From Candidatus Latescibacterota bacterium (lineage in GTDB: Bacteria; Latescibacterota; UBA2968; UBA8231), in the NCBI GenBank assembly GCA_965206595.1, contig OZ242214.1, positions 5,216,001 through 5,280,000 of the forward strand: a stretch of 64,000 bases of DNA, in the 5' to 3' direction. Position numbers and translations under genes: made by a program. Below are positions 49,622-59,316 of this stretch, piece by piece. The notes below the pieces were generated by a model. That model ran no database searches. It had not been told where the DNA came from and was given only the letters and a program-made list of their open reading frames with translations. Within the stretch, counting starts at the first letter, position 1. Each line of letters opens with the position of its first letter.

Positions 49622-50356
49622 ATGAACGACGAACAACGCTTCCAGTTCGACCTCGAGGGGTTTCTCATCATCAGAAACGCGCTGTCGCCGGAGGAGGTAG
49701 CCGAGATAAACCGCGTCGCCGACGAGAGGTATCCCTACGGCGAGCCGGAGGAAAAGGGGGAGTGGTCGGTGTTGCCGTGGGGCGAGCCGGTGAAACGGCT
49801 GATCGATCACCCGAAGATCCTGCCTCACCTCGTGGAGCTGCTCGGGGACCGCGTCCGTCTGGACCACGACTACGCGCTCTTCATGGATGAAGGGGAAGAA
49901 CGTGGGGGACTTCACGGCGGAACCGGTTATACCCACTGGTATCGCTACCGCAACGGCAGGATGTCGAACGGGCTGACCGTGGTCACATGGTTCCTGACCC
50001 CGGCCCCGTCGGGGGCCGGCGGCTTCGCCTGCGTGCCCGGGAGCCACAAAAGCAACTTCGATGCGGCGGACATCCCGGAAGAGGTGCGTTCCTATCAACG
50101 CCCGGTGGAGTACGTCGTCCAGCCAGCCGCCGAAGCGGGGGACGCCCTGATTTTCACCGAGGCGGTGATTCACGGCACCATGCCCTGGCGCTCCTCGACG
50201 GAGCGACGGACGCTGCTGTTCAAATACAGCCCGGGCCACTCGTCCTGGGCCAGGGACTGGTACGGCGGTTGCGACGTCGGCGAGCTCACGGCGCAGCAGC
50301 AGCGGCTGCTCGCGCCCCCCTCCGCGCAGGCTCACGAACCGGTGATTCAGCCGTAG
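49622..50356 (+). CDS. PhyH family Fe(II)/2OG enzyme with H-G-G in place of H-x-D
   Basis: FDLEGFLIIRNAL, LIDHP, RLDH, LHGG, VPGSHK, AGDALIFTEAVIHGT, RRTLL. Confidence 0.88.
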   Translation: MNDEQRFQFDLEGFLIIRNALSPEEVAEINRVADERYPYGEPEEKGEWSVLPWGEPVKRLIDHPKILPHLVELLGDRVRLDHDYALFMDEGEERGGLHGGTGYTHWYRYRNGRMSNGLTVVTWFLTPAPSGAGGFACVPGSHKSNFDAADIPEEVRSYQRPVEYVVQPAAEAGDALIFTEAVIHGTMPWRSSTERRTLLFKYSPGHSSWARDWYGGCDVGELTAQQQRLLAPPSAQAHEPVIQP

Positions 50357-50390
50357 GACTGCAGGTCTCGATATCGGCCTTTTTCCATTG

Positions 50391-50411
50391 CCCCCCGTTT
50401 TGCAAGGGGGG
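50391..50411. terminator. Possible bidirectional terminator hairpin
   Basis: CCCCCC-GTTTTGCAA-GGGGGG between convergent genes; no strong U-tract. Confidence 0.3.
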
Positions 50412-50425
50412 AGGGTGAAAAGCGG

Positions 50426-50719
50426 TTATTCCTTCTCCCCCGCTTTCGTTTCGGCTTTCGCCTTGCCCCGGCGGCAGTTACCGCCTTCCCGCTCGCGGAG
50501 TCCGCCTCCGTCGCCCTTCGTCCAATCCCCTATCTCGGAACGGTGCTCCTCCCTCAGGGCGCGCAACTGCTCCTTCTGGCTGTCCGTCAGCTCGAGAGCT
50601 GCCAAGCCACCGCGTTTCCCCTTTTCGTGTCAGAAGCGGCCGCCTGCATCGGCGTCATCGGGACCTGTCATGCCGAGAAGGACGAGCCCGAGAAGGGCGG
50701 TCAGAAATAAACGGGTCAT
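50426..50719 (-). pseudogene. Spy/CpxP-like (LTxxQ) secreted protein pseudogene with in-frame TGA
   Basis: AGGAGG RBS, signal peptide MTRLFLTALLGLVLLGMTG, TGA at 50630-50632, same frame continues LELTDSQKEQLRALREEHR...EKE* (TAA 50426-50428). Confidence 0.6.
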
Positions 50720-50980
50720 CGATTCATTCCTCCTGAGTGGTGAAGCGTGCAGCCGGTCTTCGTCATCCTCTCCCCTTGATCGTCTGTCAGCTTCTTGGAC
50801 AGCGGCTTTGCGGAGGGCGTTTTATCGCGCCGGAAACCTCAGGACACCCTTCCATTTGCCCACATGGAGAAATCGGATGTACGCTCCGCTCTTCTATGGA
50901 TCCCGCGGTTCGAGCCCGACTTGTGACCTCGGAACGCGATCCGTTGTCCGTCCACCGTTTACCGGGAGACCTCAGAAGAA

Positions 50981-51751
50981 ATGAACCTGTCCTGCTGTGC
51001 CTGGGCATTGTCCGGGAGTCCCTGCGAAGTGTCCGGCCAGGTTGCCGGCCTCGGCTTCGAATCGGTCGACCTGCGGCCCTTCGCCTTTGCGGGAGAGAGG
51101 GGGAGAAAGGAGCTGGCCTCCGCCGGCCTCAAGGTCCGCTGCGTCGCGGCTTCCGCCGCCGTTCACGACGATCTTGCCCTCGAGTCGGACGACGGCGCCG
51201 TCGTGGGCGCTGCGCTGGGCCAGCTCGACATCGCCTTCGAGTACGCCGCCGCCCTCGGCGCCGGCACCGCCTACATCGTCCCCGGTGGGGAAGCGGTGCC
51301 CGACCTCGGGAGGTATGCCGCCGCCCTCGGCGAGGCGGCCGGACTCGCGCAACAGAGCGGCCTGCGGCTGGCGGTGGAGCATTTCCCGGGACGCGCCCTG
51401 CCAACCGTGGCAGGCACCCTCGAACTCCTGGCGGAAATCGACCACCCCAACCTCTACCTGCTGTTCGACCTCGGGCACGCCCAGATGTCCGACGAGGATC
51501 CTGTGGGAGCGATCGAAGGGGCGGAGGCGCGGCTGGGGTACGTCCACCTCGACGACAACAATGGCGTCGACGACTCCCACTTGGCGCTGTTCGACGGTGT
51601 CCTGACCAGGGAAACGCTGCGCCGCACCCTGGCAGCCTTGCCGTCGGTCGGCTACGATGGTCCGGTCAGTCTGGAGCTCAATCCCAAACTCCCGGACCCG
51701 GCCGATGCCCTGAGGAGGAGCCGGGAGGCGGTCGAAGATGCGTTGAGCTGA
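50981..51751 (+). CDS. Sugar phosphate isomerase/epimerase (xylose isomerase-like TIM barrel)
   Basis: LAVEH, LLFDLGH, YVHLDDN, DSHL, GYDGPVSLE. Confidence 0.85.
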   Translation: MNLSCCAWALSGSPCEVSGQVAGLGFESVDLRPFAFAGERGRKELASAGLKVRCVAASAAVHDDLALESDDGAVVGAALGQLDIAFEYAAALGAGTAYIVPGGEAVPDLGRYAAALGEAAGLAQQSGLRLAVEHFPGRALPTVAGTLELLAEIDHPNLYLLFDLGHAQMSDEDPVGAIEGAEARLGYVHLDDNNGVDDSHLALFDGVLTRETLRRTLAALPSVGYDGPVSLELNPKLPDPADALRRSREAVEDALS

Positions 51752-52017
51752 GGGAAGGTTTTTTGCAGTTCGCGACTCCTGCGATGAAGGGCCAATGCGG
51801 CCGTCGGGGCGCGTACTGTATCGGGGGGAATCGCGGCGTCTCCCAGGGTCTGGCGGCGTCGCAATAGCTGCCGAAAGCCGGGGACCGCGGCGAGGGTGAC
51901 CCGAAACCCTGGCAGGAGCGCTGCAGGAGCCGAAGGTGGCCGTGTCGTGCACATGCGGCCAGGGTTCGTGGAGGGAGCGGGCTTCCTCGGGGACGGCGGC
52001 CTAGTCGCCGGCGCCGC

Positions 52018-52902
52018 TCAGCCGGCATAGAAGTAGGAGGGGACCCCCTCTACGCCGGGCTTCAGCCGGAACAGCGAGCCGGCCAGCGGTTGCCCGGCCA
52101 GGGCTTCCTCGCCCAGGCCCTCGCGCGCGCAGGTGACGTAGAGGTCCTCGAGGTTTTCGCCGCCGAAGGCACAGGAGGTCACGTTGCTGACCGGCAGCCT
52201 GAACTCGCGAATCAGGGCACCGGAAGCAGAATCGTAGCAGCGCACCCCCGACCCCTGGTACACGGCGATCCAGAGGTTGTCATCGGCATCGATCGCCATG
52301 CCGTCGAAGCCGCCTGCGAGCTCGTTGACGACTGCGACGCGCTCGTTGCCGATCTCCCCGCTGTCGATGTCGTAGTCGTAGGCGCGCACGTTGTTGGCCG
52401 CGGTGTCGATGTAGAACATGGTGTCGCAAGCGCCGTTCCAGACGATGCCGTTCGAAATCGTCACCGGCGAAATCTTTTCGGTGAGGGTGCGGTCCGTATC
52501 CAGGCAGTACAAGGCTCCGGCGTTGGGTGTGGCGTCGAAGGCCATGGTGCCTGCCCACAGGCGTCCCCCCGGATCGCACTTGCCGTCGTTGAAGCGGTTG
52601 CCGGGGATGTCCCGTTCCGGATCGACGATCGGGGCGATCTTCCCGGACTCGAGGTCGAGGGTGGCGATACCGTTGTGGAGGGCGACCACGACGCCGGCGC
52701 CGGCATGGGGGACAACGGTCCCGACCGCCTGACAGGTCGGGATAACGCGGTTGGATCCGGTTTCGGGGTCGTAGAGGTATAGCTCGTGGTCGAGGATGCT
52801 CACCCACAGGAGCAGCTTGCGCTGCGGGTCCCAGATAGCCCCCTCTCCGAGGCGGGCGGGCTTCTCGACGACGACTTCGAATTCAGCGTATTCGTTGGCC
52901 AT
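52018..52902 (-). CDS. SMP-30/gluconolactonase family protein
   Basis: LGEGAIWD, RFNDGKCDPGGRLWAGTM, SNGIVW, DGMAIDADDNLW, TSCAFGG. Confidence 0.92.
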   Translation of the reverse strand: MANEYAEFEVVVEKPARLGEGAIWDPQRKLLLWVSILDHELYLYDPETGSNRVIPTCQAVGTVVPHAGAGVVVALHNGIATLDLESGKIAPIVDPERDIPGNRFNDGKCDPGGRLWAGTMAFDATPNAGALYCLDTDRTLTEKISPVTISNGIVWNGACDTMFYIDTAANNVRAYDYDIDSGEIGNERVAVVNELAGGFDGMAIDADDNLWIAVYQGSGVRCYDSASGALIREFRLPVSNVTSCAFGGENLEDLYVTCAREGLGEEALAGQPLAGSLFRLKPGVEGVPSYFYAG

Positions 52903-53113
52903 GAACAGTTCCCGTAATTAATGGGTGAAAACAGAAGAATACGGGACGGCGGCCTGGTTTGCCATCCTCTCGGAGGGGGACATACACTTCTGCGCGTGTT
53001 CGGCAACCGCGCCGGCCGCAAGGATCCGGGCACTTTCCGGGCAGAGCGCACCGCGCGTTGCTGGACGATCTGCACGCCGTTGGCCGGTGCCCCTGGTCGG
53101 AGACACAGAAGCC

Positions 53114-53731
53114 ATGAAAACCCATCTGCCACAGGCACCCCTGGCCGGCCGCAGCCACTGGGTGTTCGACATGGACGGCACCCTGACCGTGGCGGCCCAC
53201 GATTTCGACGCCATCCGCAGCGAGCTCGGAATGCAGCCGGAAAAGCCCCTCCTGGAGACCCTGGCAACCCTGCCGGCCGATGAAGCCGAAAGGGCCAACC
53301 ACCGGCTCGCTGAAATCGAGCTCGAAATCGCGGCCGACGCCGTCGCCCAGGAAGGGGCGGCCGAGCTTCTCGCTCACCTGCTCGATGGCGGGCGAAACAT
53401 CGGCATCCTGACGCGCAATACCGGCCCGGCCGCCAGGGAGACGCTCGCCGCGGCCGGCCTGATGCGGTATTTCGAGGACGGCGCCATCGTCGCGCGCGAA
53501 ACCTGCGCACCGAAACCGAGCCCCGCCGGTGTGCACCACCTGCTGGGGCACTGGCGGGCACCGGCCGCTGCCGCCGTCGTTGTCGGGGATTACCTGTACG
53601 ATTTGCAGGCGGGGCGGGCAGCGGAGGTAACGACCGTCCACCTCGACGTCACCGGACTGTTTCCCTGGCCGCAGTTCGCCGACTACGCGGTCAACCACCT
53701 CCGGCAGTTGCTCGTCCTGGCGGGCGGGTAA
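53114..53731 (+). CDS. HAD-family hydrolase
   Basis: FDMDGTLT, LTRN, PKPSP, VGDYLYD. Confidence 0.9.
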   Translation: MKTHLPQAPLAGRSHWVFDMDGTLTVAAHDFDAIRSELGMQPEKPLLETLATLPADEAERANHRLAEIELEIAADAVAQEGAAELLAHLLDGGRNIGILTRNTGPAARETLAAAGLMRYFEDGAIVARETCAPKPSPAGVHHLLGHWRAPAAAAVVVGDYLYDLQAGRAAEVTTVHLDVTGLFPWPQFADYAVNHLRQLLVLAGG

Positions 53732-53754
53732 GTCGGGCCCCATACCGAGTTTTC

Positions 53755-54084
53755 GTGCCGTATGATGAATCCCTGGGACAACGCGTTCGCGACCTGCTGG
53801 CCCCCCAAAAGGGATTGTCGGAGCGCAAGATGTTCGGCGGACTCTGCTTCATGCTGAACGGCAACATGTGCTGCGGAGTGATTGCCGGCGACCTGATGTT
53901 GCGCGTCGGGCCGTACCAGTACGCCGGGTGTCTGGAGCACCCGCACGCGCGGGAGATGGATTTCACCGGCAAAGCACTGAAGGGGTTCGTCTATGTCGGG
54001 CCCCAAGGCCAGGAATTGGACGCCGAGTTGGCCGGGTGGGTGCAGTTGGCGGTCGACTTCGCGCTTGGCTTGCCGGCCAGGTAG
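53755..54084 (+). CDS. TfoX/Sxy N-terminal domain protein
   Basis: ERKMFGGLCFMLNGNM, LMLRVG, MDFTGKALKGFVYV. Confidence 0.88.
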   Translation: MPYDESLGQRVRDLLAPQKGLSERKMFGGLCFMLNGNMCCGVIAGDLMLRVGPYQYAGCLEHPHAREMDFTGKALKGFVYVGPQGQELDAELAGWVQLAVDFALGLPAR

Positions 54085-54090
54085 GTGGAA

Positions 54091-55080
54091 TCAGCCCCAA
54101 AGCTTCGGGGCGGGCGGGTACAGCAGAGAGCCTTCGTAACGCAACCCCGGGGTGCGGTCTTTTTGCAGCAGCAGCGGGCCGTCGAGGTCTACGAAGTCGG
54201 CGTCCCGGGCGAGCAGCGCGGCCGGTGCCATCGCCAGGGATGTGCCCACCATGCATCCGACCATCACCCCGAGGGAAGCGGCGCGGGCGGCGGCAACGAC
54301 GGCGAGGGCTTCGGTCAGGCCGCCGGTCTTGTCGAGCTTGACGTTGACGAAATCGTAGCGGCCGGCAAGACGCTCGACGTCGGCGCGGGTGTGGCAGGAC
54401 TCGTCCGCACACAACGGCACCGGGTGCTCGAGTCGCTCCAGGACGGCATCCCCGGAGGCCTGCAACGGCTGTTCGATGAGGGCAACATCGAGATTGGCCA
54501 ACTGGCTGCCGCAGCCTTCCAGTTCCGCGGCGGACCACCCTTCATTGGCGTCGACGATGAGCTGCGGTTTCGGGGCATTCTCGCGGATGGCGGCGATGCG
54601 CTCGATATCGCCTTCTCCTCCGAGCTTGATCTTGAGCAGGGGACGCTCCTTCTGGGCTGCTGCCGCCCGTCCCATCGCCTCGGGAGTGTCGAGGCTCAGG
54701 GTGTAGGCGGTGGCCACCGGAACCGGAGGCGGCAGACCGGCGAGTTCGTACACGCGCCTGCCCAGCCGGCGGGCATCAAGGTCCCAGAAGGCGCAGTCCA
54801 GGGCATTGCGCGCCGCCCCCGCGGGCAGGGCGCGCTGCAGTTCATCGCGGCCCAGGCCGCCGGAGGTCAGCTCGGGGCGAAGCGCCTCGACCGCGGCGGC
54901 CACCCCCTCGAGCGACTCGCCGTAACGCGCGTAAGGGACGCATTCCCCGCGGCCGGTGGCGCCTCCATCGGCCAAGTCGACAACCACGACATCGGCAGAG
55001 GTCTTGGCCCCCCGGGAGATTGCGAAGTTGCCGGCAATCGGCCAGCTCTCGGTGCGGACGCGCAGTTTGAGGGATGCCAC
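54091..55080 (-). CDS. dgcA: N-acetyl-D-Glu racemase / L-Ala-D/L-Glu epimerase (enolase superfamily)
   Basis: FAISRGAK, GECVPYARYGE, ARNALDCA, LKIKLG, VDANEGW, IEQP, ADES, VKLDKTGGLT, DLDGP; GTG 55080. Confidence 0.88.
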   Translation of the reverse strand: MASLKLRVRTESWPIAGNFAISRGAKTSADVVVVDLADGGATGRGECVPYARYGESLEGVAAAVEALRPELTSGGLGRDELQRALPAGAARNALDCAFWDLDARRLGRRVYELAGLPPPVPVATAYTLSLDTPEAMGRAAAAQKERPLLKIKLGGEGDIERIAAIRENAPKPQLIVDANEGWSAAELEGCGSQLANLDVALIEQPLQASGDAVLERLEHPVPLCADESCHTRADVERLAGRYDFVNVKLDKTGGLTEALAVVAAARAASLGVMVGCMVGTSLAMAPAALLARDADFVDLDGPLLLQKDRTPGLRYEGSLLYPPAPKLWG

Positions 55081-55088
55081 GCCGGCAG

Positions 55089-56090
55089 CTACTGAAGCGC
55101 GTCGACCAGCCGGCCTGCCCCGTGGCGGCAGGCGTCGACGGCCGGCAACCCGGTTCCCCCTTCGATCGCTGCCAACAGCGACTCTGCGTCCCCGTCCTCC
55201 AGCTTCGACGTGTTGATGGAAACGCCGGCTACGCGGCAGTCCGGATTGGTGAGGCGGGCGGTGCGTTCGTTGAGGTCGATGCAGGCCGCCAGGGAGGGGA
55301 GCGGGTAGTCGGGCAGACCGCGCATGTGTTCGCGGCCCGGGTCGTGGCAGAGCACCAGCCGGTCCGGCTGCGAGCCGTGGATGAGCCCGAGGGTAACGCC
55401 GGCGTACGAGGCGTGAAACAGCGATCCCTGCCCCTCGACGAGGTCCCAGTGATCCGGATCGGCGTTGGGGCTCAGCTCTTCCGCGGCTCCGGAGATGAAG
55501 TCGGCGACCACCGCGTCCACCGAGATGCCGCTTCCGGCGATGAAGATCCCCGTCTGGCCGGTGGCGCGGAAGTCGGCGGAGATGCCGCGCGCCCGCATCT
55601 CCTTCTCGATCGCCAAAGCGGTGAACATCTTGCCGCAGGAGACGTCGGTGCCGACCGTGAGCAGCCGTTTGCCGGTGCGCCGGACCCCGCTGCCTACCGG
55701 GAGATCGATCTCGGGATAGCGCACGTCGACGAGATCGAGGCCCGCGGCTGCGGCCGTTTCGGCGAGTGCGGGGATTTCCCCGAGCCTGGTGTGGAGACCG
55801 CTGGCGATGTCGTATCCCAAGTCGAGGGCCGCGGACAGCGAGGCCATCCACTCGTCGGAAATGACGCCGCCGCGATTGGCGACGCCGACGATCAGGGTGC
55901 GGGCACCGGCGGCGCGTCCTTCTTCCAGGGTGAGGTCCGGCAGGCCGAGGTCGGCGCGGCAGCCGTCGAGCCGCAGCTGGCCGACGCACCAGCCGGGCCG
56001 CCAGTAGGCTATGCCCCCGGCGGTCTTGGCGGCCAGCTGGTCGGCGGCGTCTCCGAGAAACAGCAGGTAGGGTTTTTTAAGGGGCTGCAC
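55089..56090 (-). CDS. dgcN: D-glutamate N-acetyltransferase (DUF1611 family)
   Basis: PYLLFLGD, AKTA, IASGLH, TVGTDVSCGKMFT, FRATGQTG, EGQGSLFH; adjacent to dgcA. Confidence 0.88.
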   Translation of the reverse strand: MQPLKKPYLLFLGDAADQLAAKTAGGIAYWRPGWCVGQLRLDGCRADLGLPDLTLEEGRAAGARTLIVGVANRGGVISDEWMASLSAALDLGYDIASGLHTRLGEIPALAETAAAAGLDLVDVRYPEIDLPVGSGVRRTGKRLLTVGTDVSCGKMFTALAIEKEMRARGISADFRATGQTGIFIAGSGISVDAVVADFISGAAEELSPNADPDHWDLVEGQGSLFHASYAGVTLGLIHGSQPDRLVLCHDPGREHMRGLPDYPLPSLAACIDLNERTARLTNPDCRVAGVSINTSKLEDGDAESLLAAIEGGTGLPAVDACRHGAGRLVDALQ

Positions 56091-56322
56091 CGGTCGGACA
56101 GGGGAGTTTGGTGGGCGGAAATCGAGGCACCAACCTACCGGCGACGCCGGCCGCGGTCAAGGCGGAGGAAAGCGGAAGCACAAGCGCCGGAAGGGGATGC
56201 GTCACCCGGGCGCGGAACCGGCCCGCTGCCGTACTGTATATTCACCGGTGCGGATCCCGGCTCTTGATAACAGACTCTTCGCCGGGACTCCGGCGGCCAA
56301 CTGAAGGGAAAGCGGACGACTC

Positions 56323-56742
56323 GTGGAAACCCTGGTCATATGTCCCGAATGCGGCAAAAGGGTCTCCCTGCGGGGACTGAACGGGCATCTGCGCTTCGAG
56401 CACGACTACGGCCTTCAGAAAGCCAGGAAGATGGCCGCGGCAATCGACGTCGACCCCACCCTGAATCGTCTCGAGCAGGAGGTGATGCAGCACGTCGCTC
56501 TCCTGTACCAGCTAAAAAAGGAAGCAGAGGAGCTGAAGCAGGCGCACCGGGAAGGGGTCATCGGAGAGGCCCTGTACGAACGCATGATCACCCACAAGGG
56601 CCAGGAACTCACTGCGGCGACCCGGTACCTGCAGCGGCTGGAGAGCAGCTGGTTGGAGCGCATGGGGGAGCGCACCGGTATTTCCGACCTTGGCGAGAAG
56701 CTGGAAATCGTGGGTCCCGCCGGCGCTTCGAACCCGGGCTGA
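56323..56742 (+). CDS. Hypothetical protein with N-terminal C2H2-type zinc finger and coiled coil
   Basis: CPECGKRVSLRGLNGHLRFEH (C-x2-C-x11-H-x4-H), followed by heptad-like helix. Confidence 0.65.
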   Translation: METLVICPECGKRVSLRGLNGHLRFEHDYGLQKARKMAAAIDVDPTLNRLEQEVMQHVALLYQLKKEAEELKQAHREGVIGEALYERMITHKGQELTAATRYLQRLESSWLERMGERTGISDLGEKLEIVGPAGASNPG

Positions 56743-56806
56743 TCCTGTTTCCGGATTCGGACGGCACCGCCTGCGTTTGGCGGGAAGGGATCTGGCGGCC
56801 AGTGGC

Positions 56807-57124
56807 GGGCCTGTCTTCCGCAGGCCGTGGTTCACACCGGGCGCCGACGGCCGCATGGAAGCGCGCGGCGGGGGTTCGTACGTCGCGGTCGTGGAATTCG
56901 GGGAGCCGATGCGGGCCCGGGTGTTGCTGGGGTACGGCAAAGCCAGCCAGCCGCACCCCCCTCACCGGGGCGATCAGCTCGAGCTGATGGCGCGGCAGGA
57001 GCTGCGGCCGGTGTGGCGCATCCGGGAGGAGGTGGAGGCGCACCTGGAGCGGCGGGAGATGGTGGAGTGGGATGGGGAAAGTGAACGCGGCGAGAGCGCC
57101 CTCGCCGTTGCCCGTGACAGGTAA
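56807..57124 (+). pseudogene. C-terminal remnant of a penicillin acylase (S45/Ntn hydrolase) family gene
   Basis: GGGSYVAVVEFGEPMRARVLLGYGKASQPHPPHRGDQLELMARQELRPVW...EVEAHLE matches acylase C-termini; no N-terminal part present. Confidence 0.7.
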
Positions 57125-57176
57125 ATTCCGCTTCTTGAAACGGTTCGCGAGGAACGGAACAGGCCCCCTTCCCCCC

Positions 57177-57737
57177 ATGATCGCCAAAACCCGCAAAGTA
57201 CCCCGGAAAAAGAACGCCACGCCGATCGAGATCGGCGCCCTGCTGATGGAGACCGTGTGCGTTTCCGGGGTCTCCGAGCAGCCGGCCCTCGAGGAGCTGG
57301 CCGAGTACCTCGGCACGCCGCTGGGGCGGATGCAGTCCGAGTTGCTGTTTCTGCGCGCCTTCGCCGTCGATTTCGCCCTCAACATGTCGCTTGGAGACGG
57401 TCCGGCGCGCTGGGCGATAGCGGAGCAGTACTACCGGCATTGGGAGACGGTGGCGGAGGGCGCCGGGGAGGATACGATCGACGGCCTGGAAGAGCATCTC
57501 ACTTTTTACACTGAAGTAGTCAACGCCTCCCACATCGGGGCCGCCGGCTTGACGGAGCAGGTCGGCATGGCCTTCGCCTCGCGCTGCCTGTCTGCCGACG
57601 CGGGCGGGGAGGACGGAGACTCCCAATCCGGAAACACCGTCGATCTGGCGATGCTCGGCGGCTCGATGTTCGTCGCCCTGTTCGACGAGGTCTCCGACAT
57701 GCTCACCCAGGTCGAAATCGTTCTTATCGATCCATGA
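57177..57737 (+). CDS. Hypothetical protein (helical, acidic)
   Basis: ORF with typical codon bias immediately upstream of cfa; start uncertain. Confidence 0.6.
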   Translation: MIAKTRKVPRKKNATPIEIGALLMETVCVSGVSEQPALEELAEYLGTPLGRMQSELLFLRAFAVDFALNMSLGDGPARWAIAEQYYRHWETVAEGAGEDTIDGLEEHLTFYTEVVNASHIGAAGLTEQVGMAFASRCLSADAGGEDGDSQSGNTVDLAMLGGSMFVALFDEVSDMLTQVEIVLIDP

Positions 57738-57756
57738 GAAAGGAGGATGGGCAGTC

Positions 57757-59058
57757 ATGACTGTCGCCGCCGCTTATTCTGCGGTCGAGACAACGCTTGG
57801 CCTGATCGAGCAGGTCTTCGGCGGACTCGACCAGCGCAGCATCGCCATGCGGCTCTGGGACGGCACCACCTGGGAGCCGGCCCCGGGTACGGAGGCGAAA
57901 TGCACCGTCGTCCTGCAGCACCCGGGAGCCCTGCGAAGGATGCTCCTCGCTCCGACCGAGCTTAACCTTGCGGAGTGCTACCTTCACGACGACTACGATA
58001 TCGAGGGAGACTTCGAAGTCCTCATGCCGGTCGCCGAACAGCTGGTCGCGCAGCCCCGCAGCTTCTGGGACAAGCTTCGAATCGGGCGCCAGCTGCTTAG
58101 TCTGCCTGCCTGCCGCGGGCGTTCGCAGAACGGCTTGGGGAGGGCGCGGCTGTCCGGCTCGGAGCATTCCATGGACCGCGACAGCGCCGCGGTCACTCAC
58201 CACTACAACGTTTCCAACGCCTTCTATTCTCTCTGGCTCGACCGCAACATGGTCTATTCCTGCGCGCTGTTCGGGTCCGCGGACGAATCGCTGGACGCCG
58301 CCCAGGAGCGCAAGCTCGACTACATCTGCCGCAAGCTGCGGCTGCAGCCGGGAGAGCGTTTTCTCGACATCGGCTGCGGCTGGGGCGGCCTGATCACGCA
58401 CGCCGCCCGCGAGTACGGGGTCCAGGCCCTTGGCATCACCCTCAGCCAGCCGCAGGCCGATGTCGCCAACGAGCGCATTCGCGAAGCGGGACTGCAGGAT
58501 CGCTGCCGCGCCGAGGTGGTCGATTACCGGGAGCTTAAGAAGTCGGAGTTCGACAAGCTCGCCAGCATCGGCATGGTTGAGCACGTCGGCGAAGAACGGC
58601 TGCACGAGTACTTCGGCGCCGCCTTCGGGTTGCTGAAGCCGGGCGGGGTGTTCCTCAACCACGGGATCGGTGACCTGTCGGGCCGCCCGCGCAGCCGCAA
58701 ACCCGGGTTCGTGCGCACCTACGTCTTCCCCGACAGCGCCCTGCCCTCGATCGCGTCGGTTGTCAGGGCAGCGGAGGACAACCGCTTCGAGCCGCGCGAC
58801 GTCGAGAGCCTGCGCGAGCATTACGCCCTGACCCTGAGGCACTGGGTGCGGCGCCTCGAGGCGCGGCAGGAGGAGGCGGAGAAAGAGGTGGGAGAGACGA
58901 CCTACCGGGTGTGGCGGCTCTACATGGGGGGCTGTGCCCACTGGTTCGCCGCCGGCTACATCGGGGTGTATCAGACCTTGCTGGTCAAGCGCCGCGAGGG
59001 CCGCAGCGGCTTTCCCCTGCTGCGCAACGACTGGTACGAACCAAGGTCCGATTCATAG
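57757..59058 (+). CDS. cfa: Cyclopropane-fatty-acyl-phospholipid synthase family methyltransferase
   Basis: HHYNVSNAFY, MVYSCA, AQERKL, LDIGCGWG, GITLS, SIGMVEHVG, YVFP, HYALTL. Confidence 0.92.
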   Translation: MTVAAAYSAVETTLGLIEQVFGGLDQRSIAMRLWDGTTWEPAPGTEAKCTVVLQHPGALRRMLLAPTELNLAECYLHDDYDIEGDFEVLMPVAEQLVAQPRSFWDKLRIGRQLLSLPACRGRSQNGLGRARLSGSEHSMDRDSAAVTHHYNVSNAFYSLWLDRNMVYSCALFGSADESLDAAQERKLDYICRKLRLQPGERFLDIGCGWGGLITHAAREYGVQALGITLSQPQADVANERIREAGLQDRCRAEVVDYRELKKSEFDKLASIGMVEHVGEERLHEYFGAAFGLLKPGGVFLNHGIGDLSGRPRSRKPGFVRTYVFPDSALPSIASVVRAAEDNRFEPRDVESLREHYALTLRHWVRRLEARQEEAEKEVGETTYRVWRLYMGGCAHWFAAGYIGVYQTLLVKRREGRSGFPLLRNDWYEPRSDS

Positions 59059-59316
59059 CTCCCCGGCCTTTCTCTGAAGTGGACACACCAACCAGCCGGC
59101 CCTCGAACCCCTCATTGCGGCCCTCGGTCCCCAGCTCAGCCCCGCCGACCTGGGGGAGGTGCGCCGCATCACCGCAGAGCTCCAGCAGCGCATCGAGCGT
59201 TTCCGGCGTCCTTGGAAGTAGGTCCCCGTCTCTGCCCCTCGAAGGCCCGCTCCGGTCAGCCACTCCCCTGGAATCTCGAACGGCGGATGCGGTCCGGAGG
59301 CAGGTGAGTTGATACG

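Noticed and set aside
50630-50632. In-frame TGA as selenocysteine or recoding
   Set aside because: Not in a redox or Cys-like context, no evident SECIS hairpin, and TGA is used as a normal stop elsewhere; a nonsense mutation is simpler.
55081-55989. Apparent 632-aa DgcA fusion (likewise the extensions of the K+ channel from 42053 and YciH from 36308)
   Set aside because: Extensions are Arg/Pro-rich off-frame read-through of the upstream gene.
56232-56250. LexA/SOS box-like TACTGTATATTCACCGGT
   Set aside because: Only one half-site matches CTGT-N8-ACAG; more likely a -10 region.
59059-59300. Minus-strand fragment LLPRTPETLDALLELCG
   Set aside because: Protein-like but no recognisable family or credible start.
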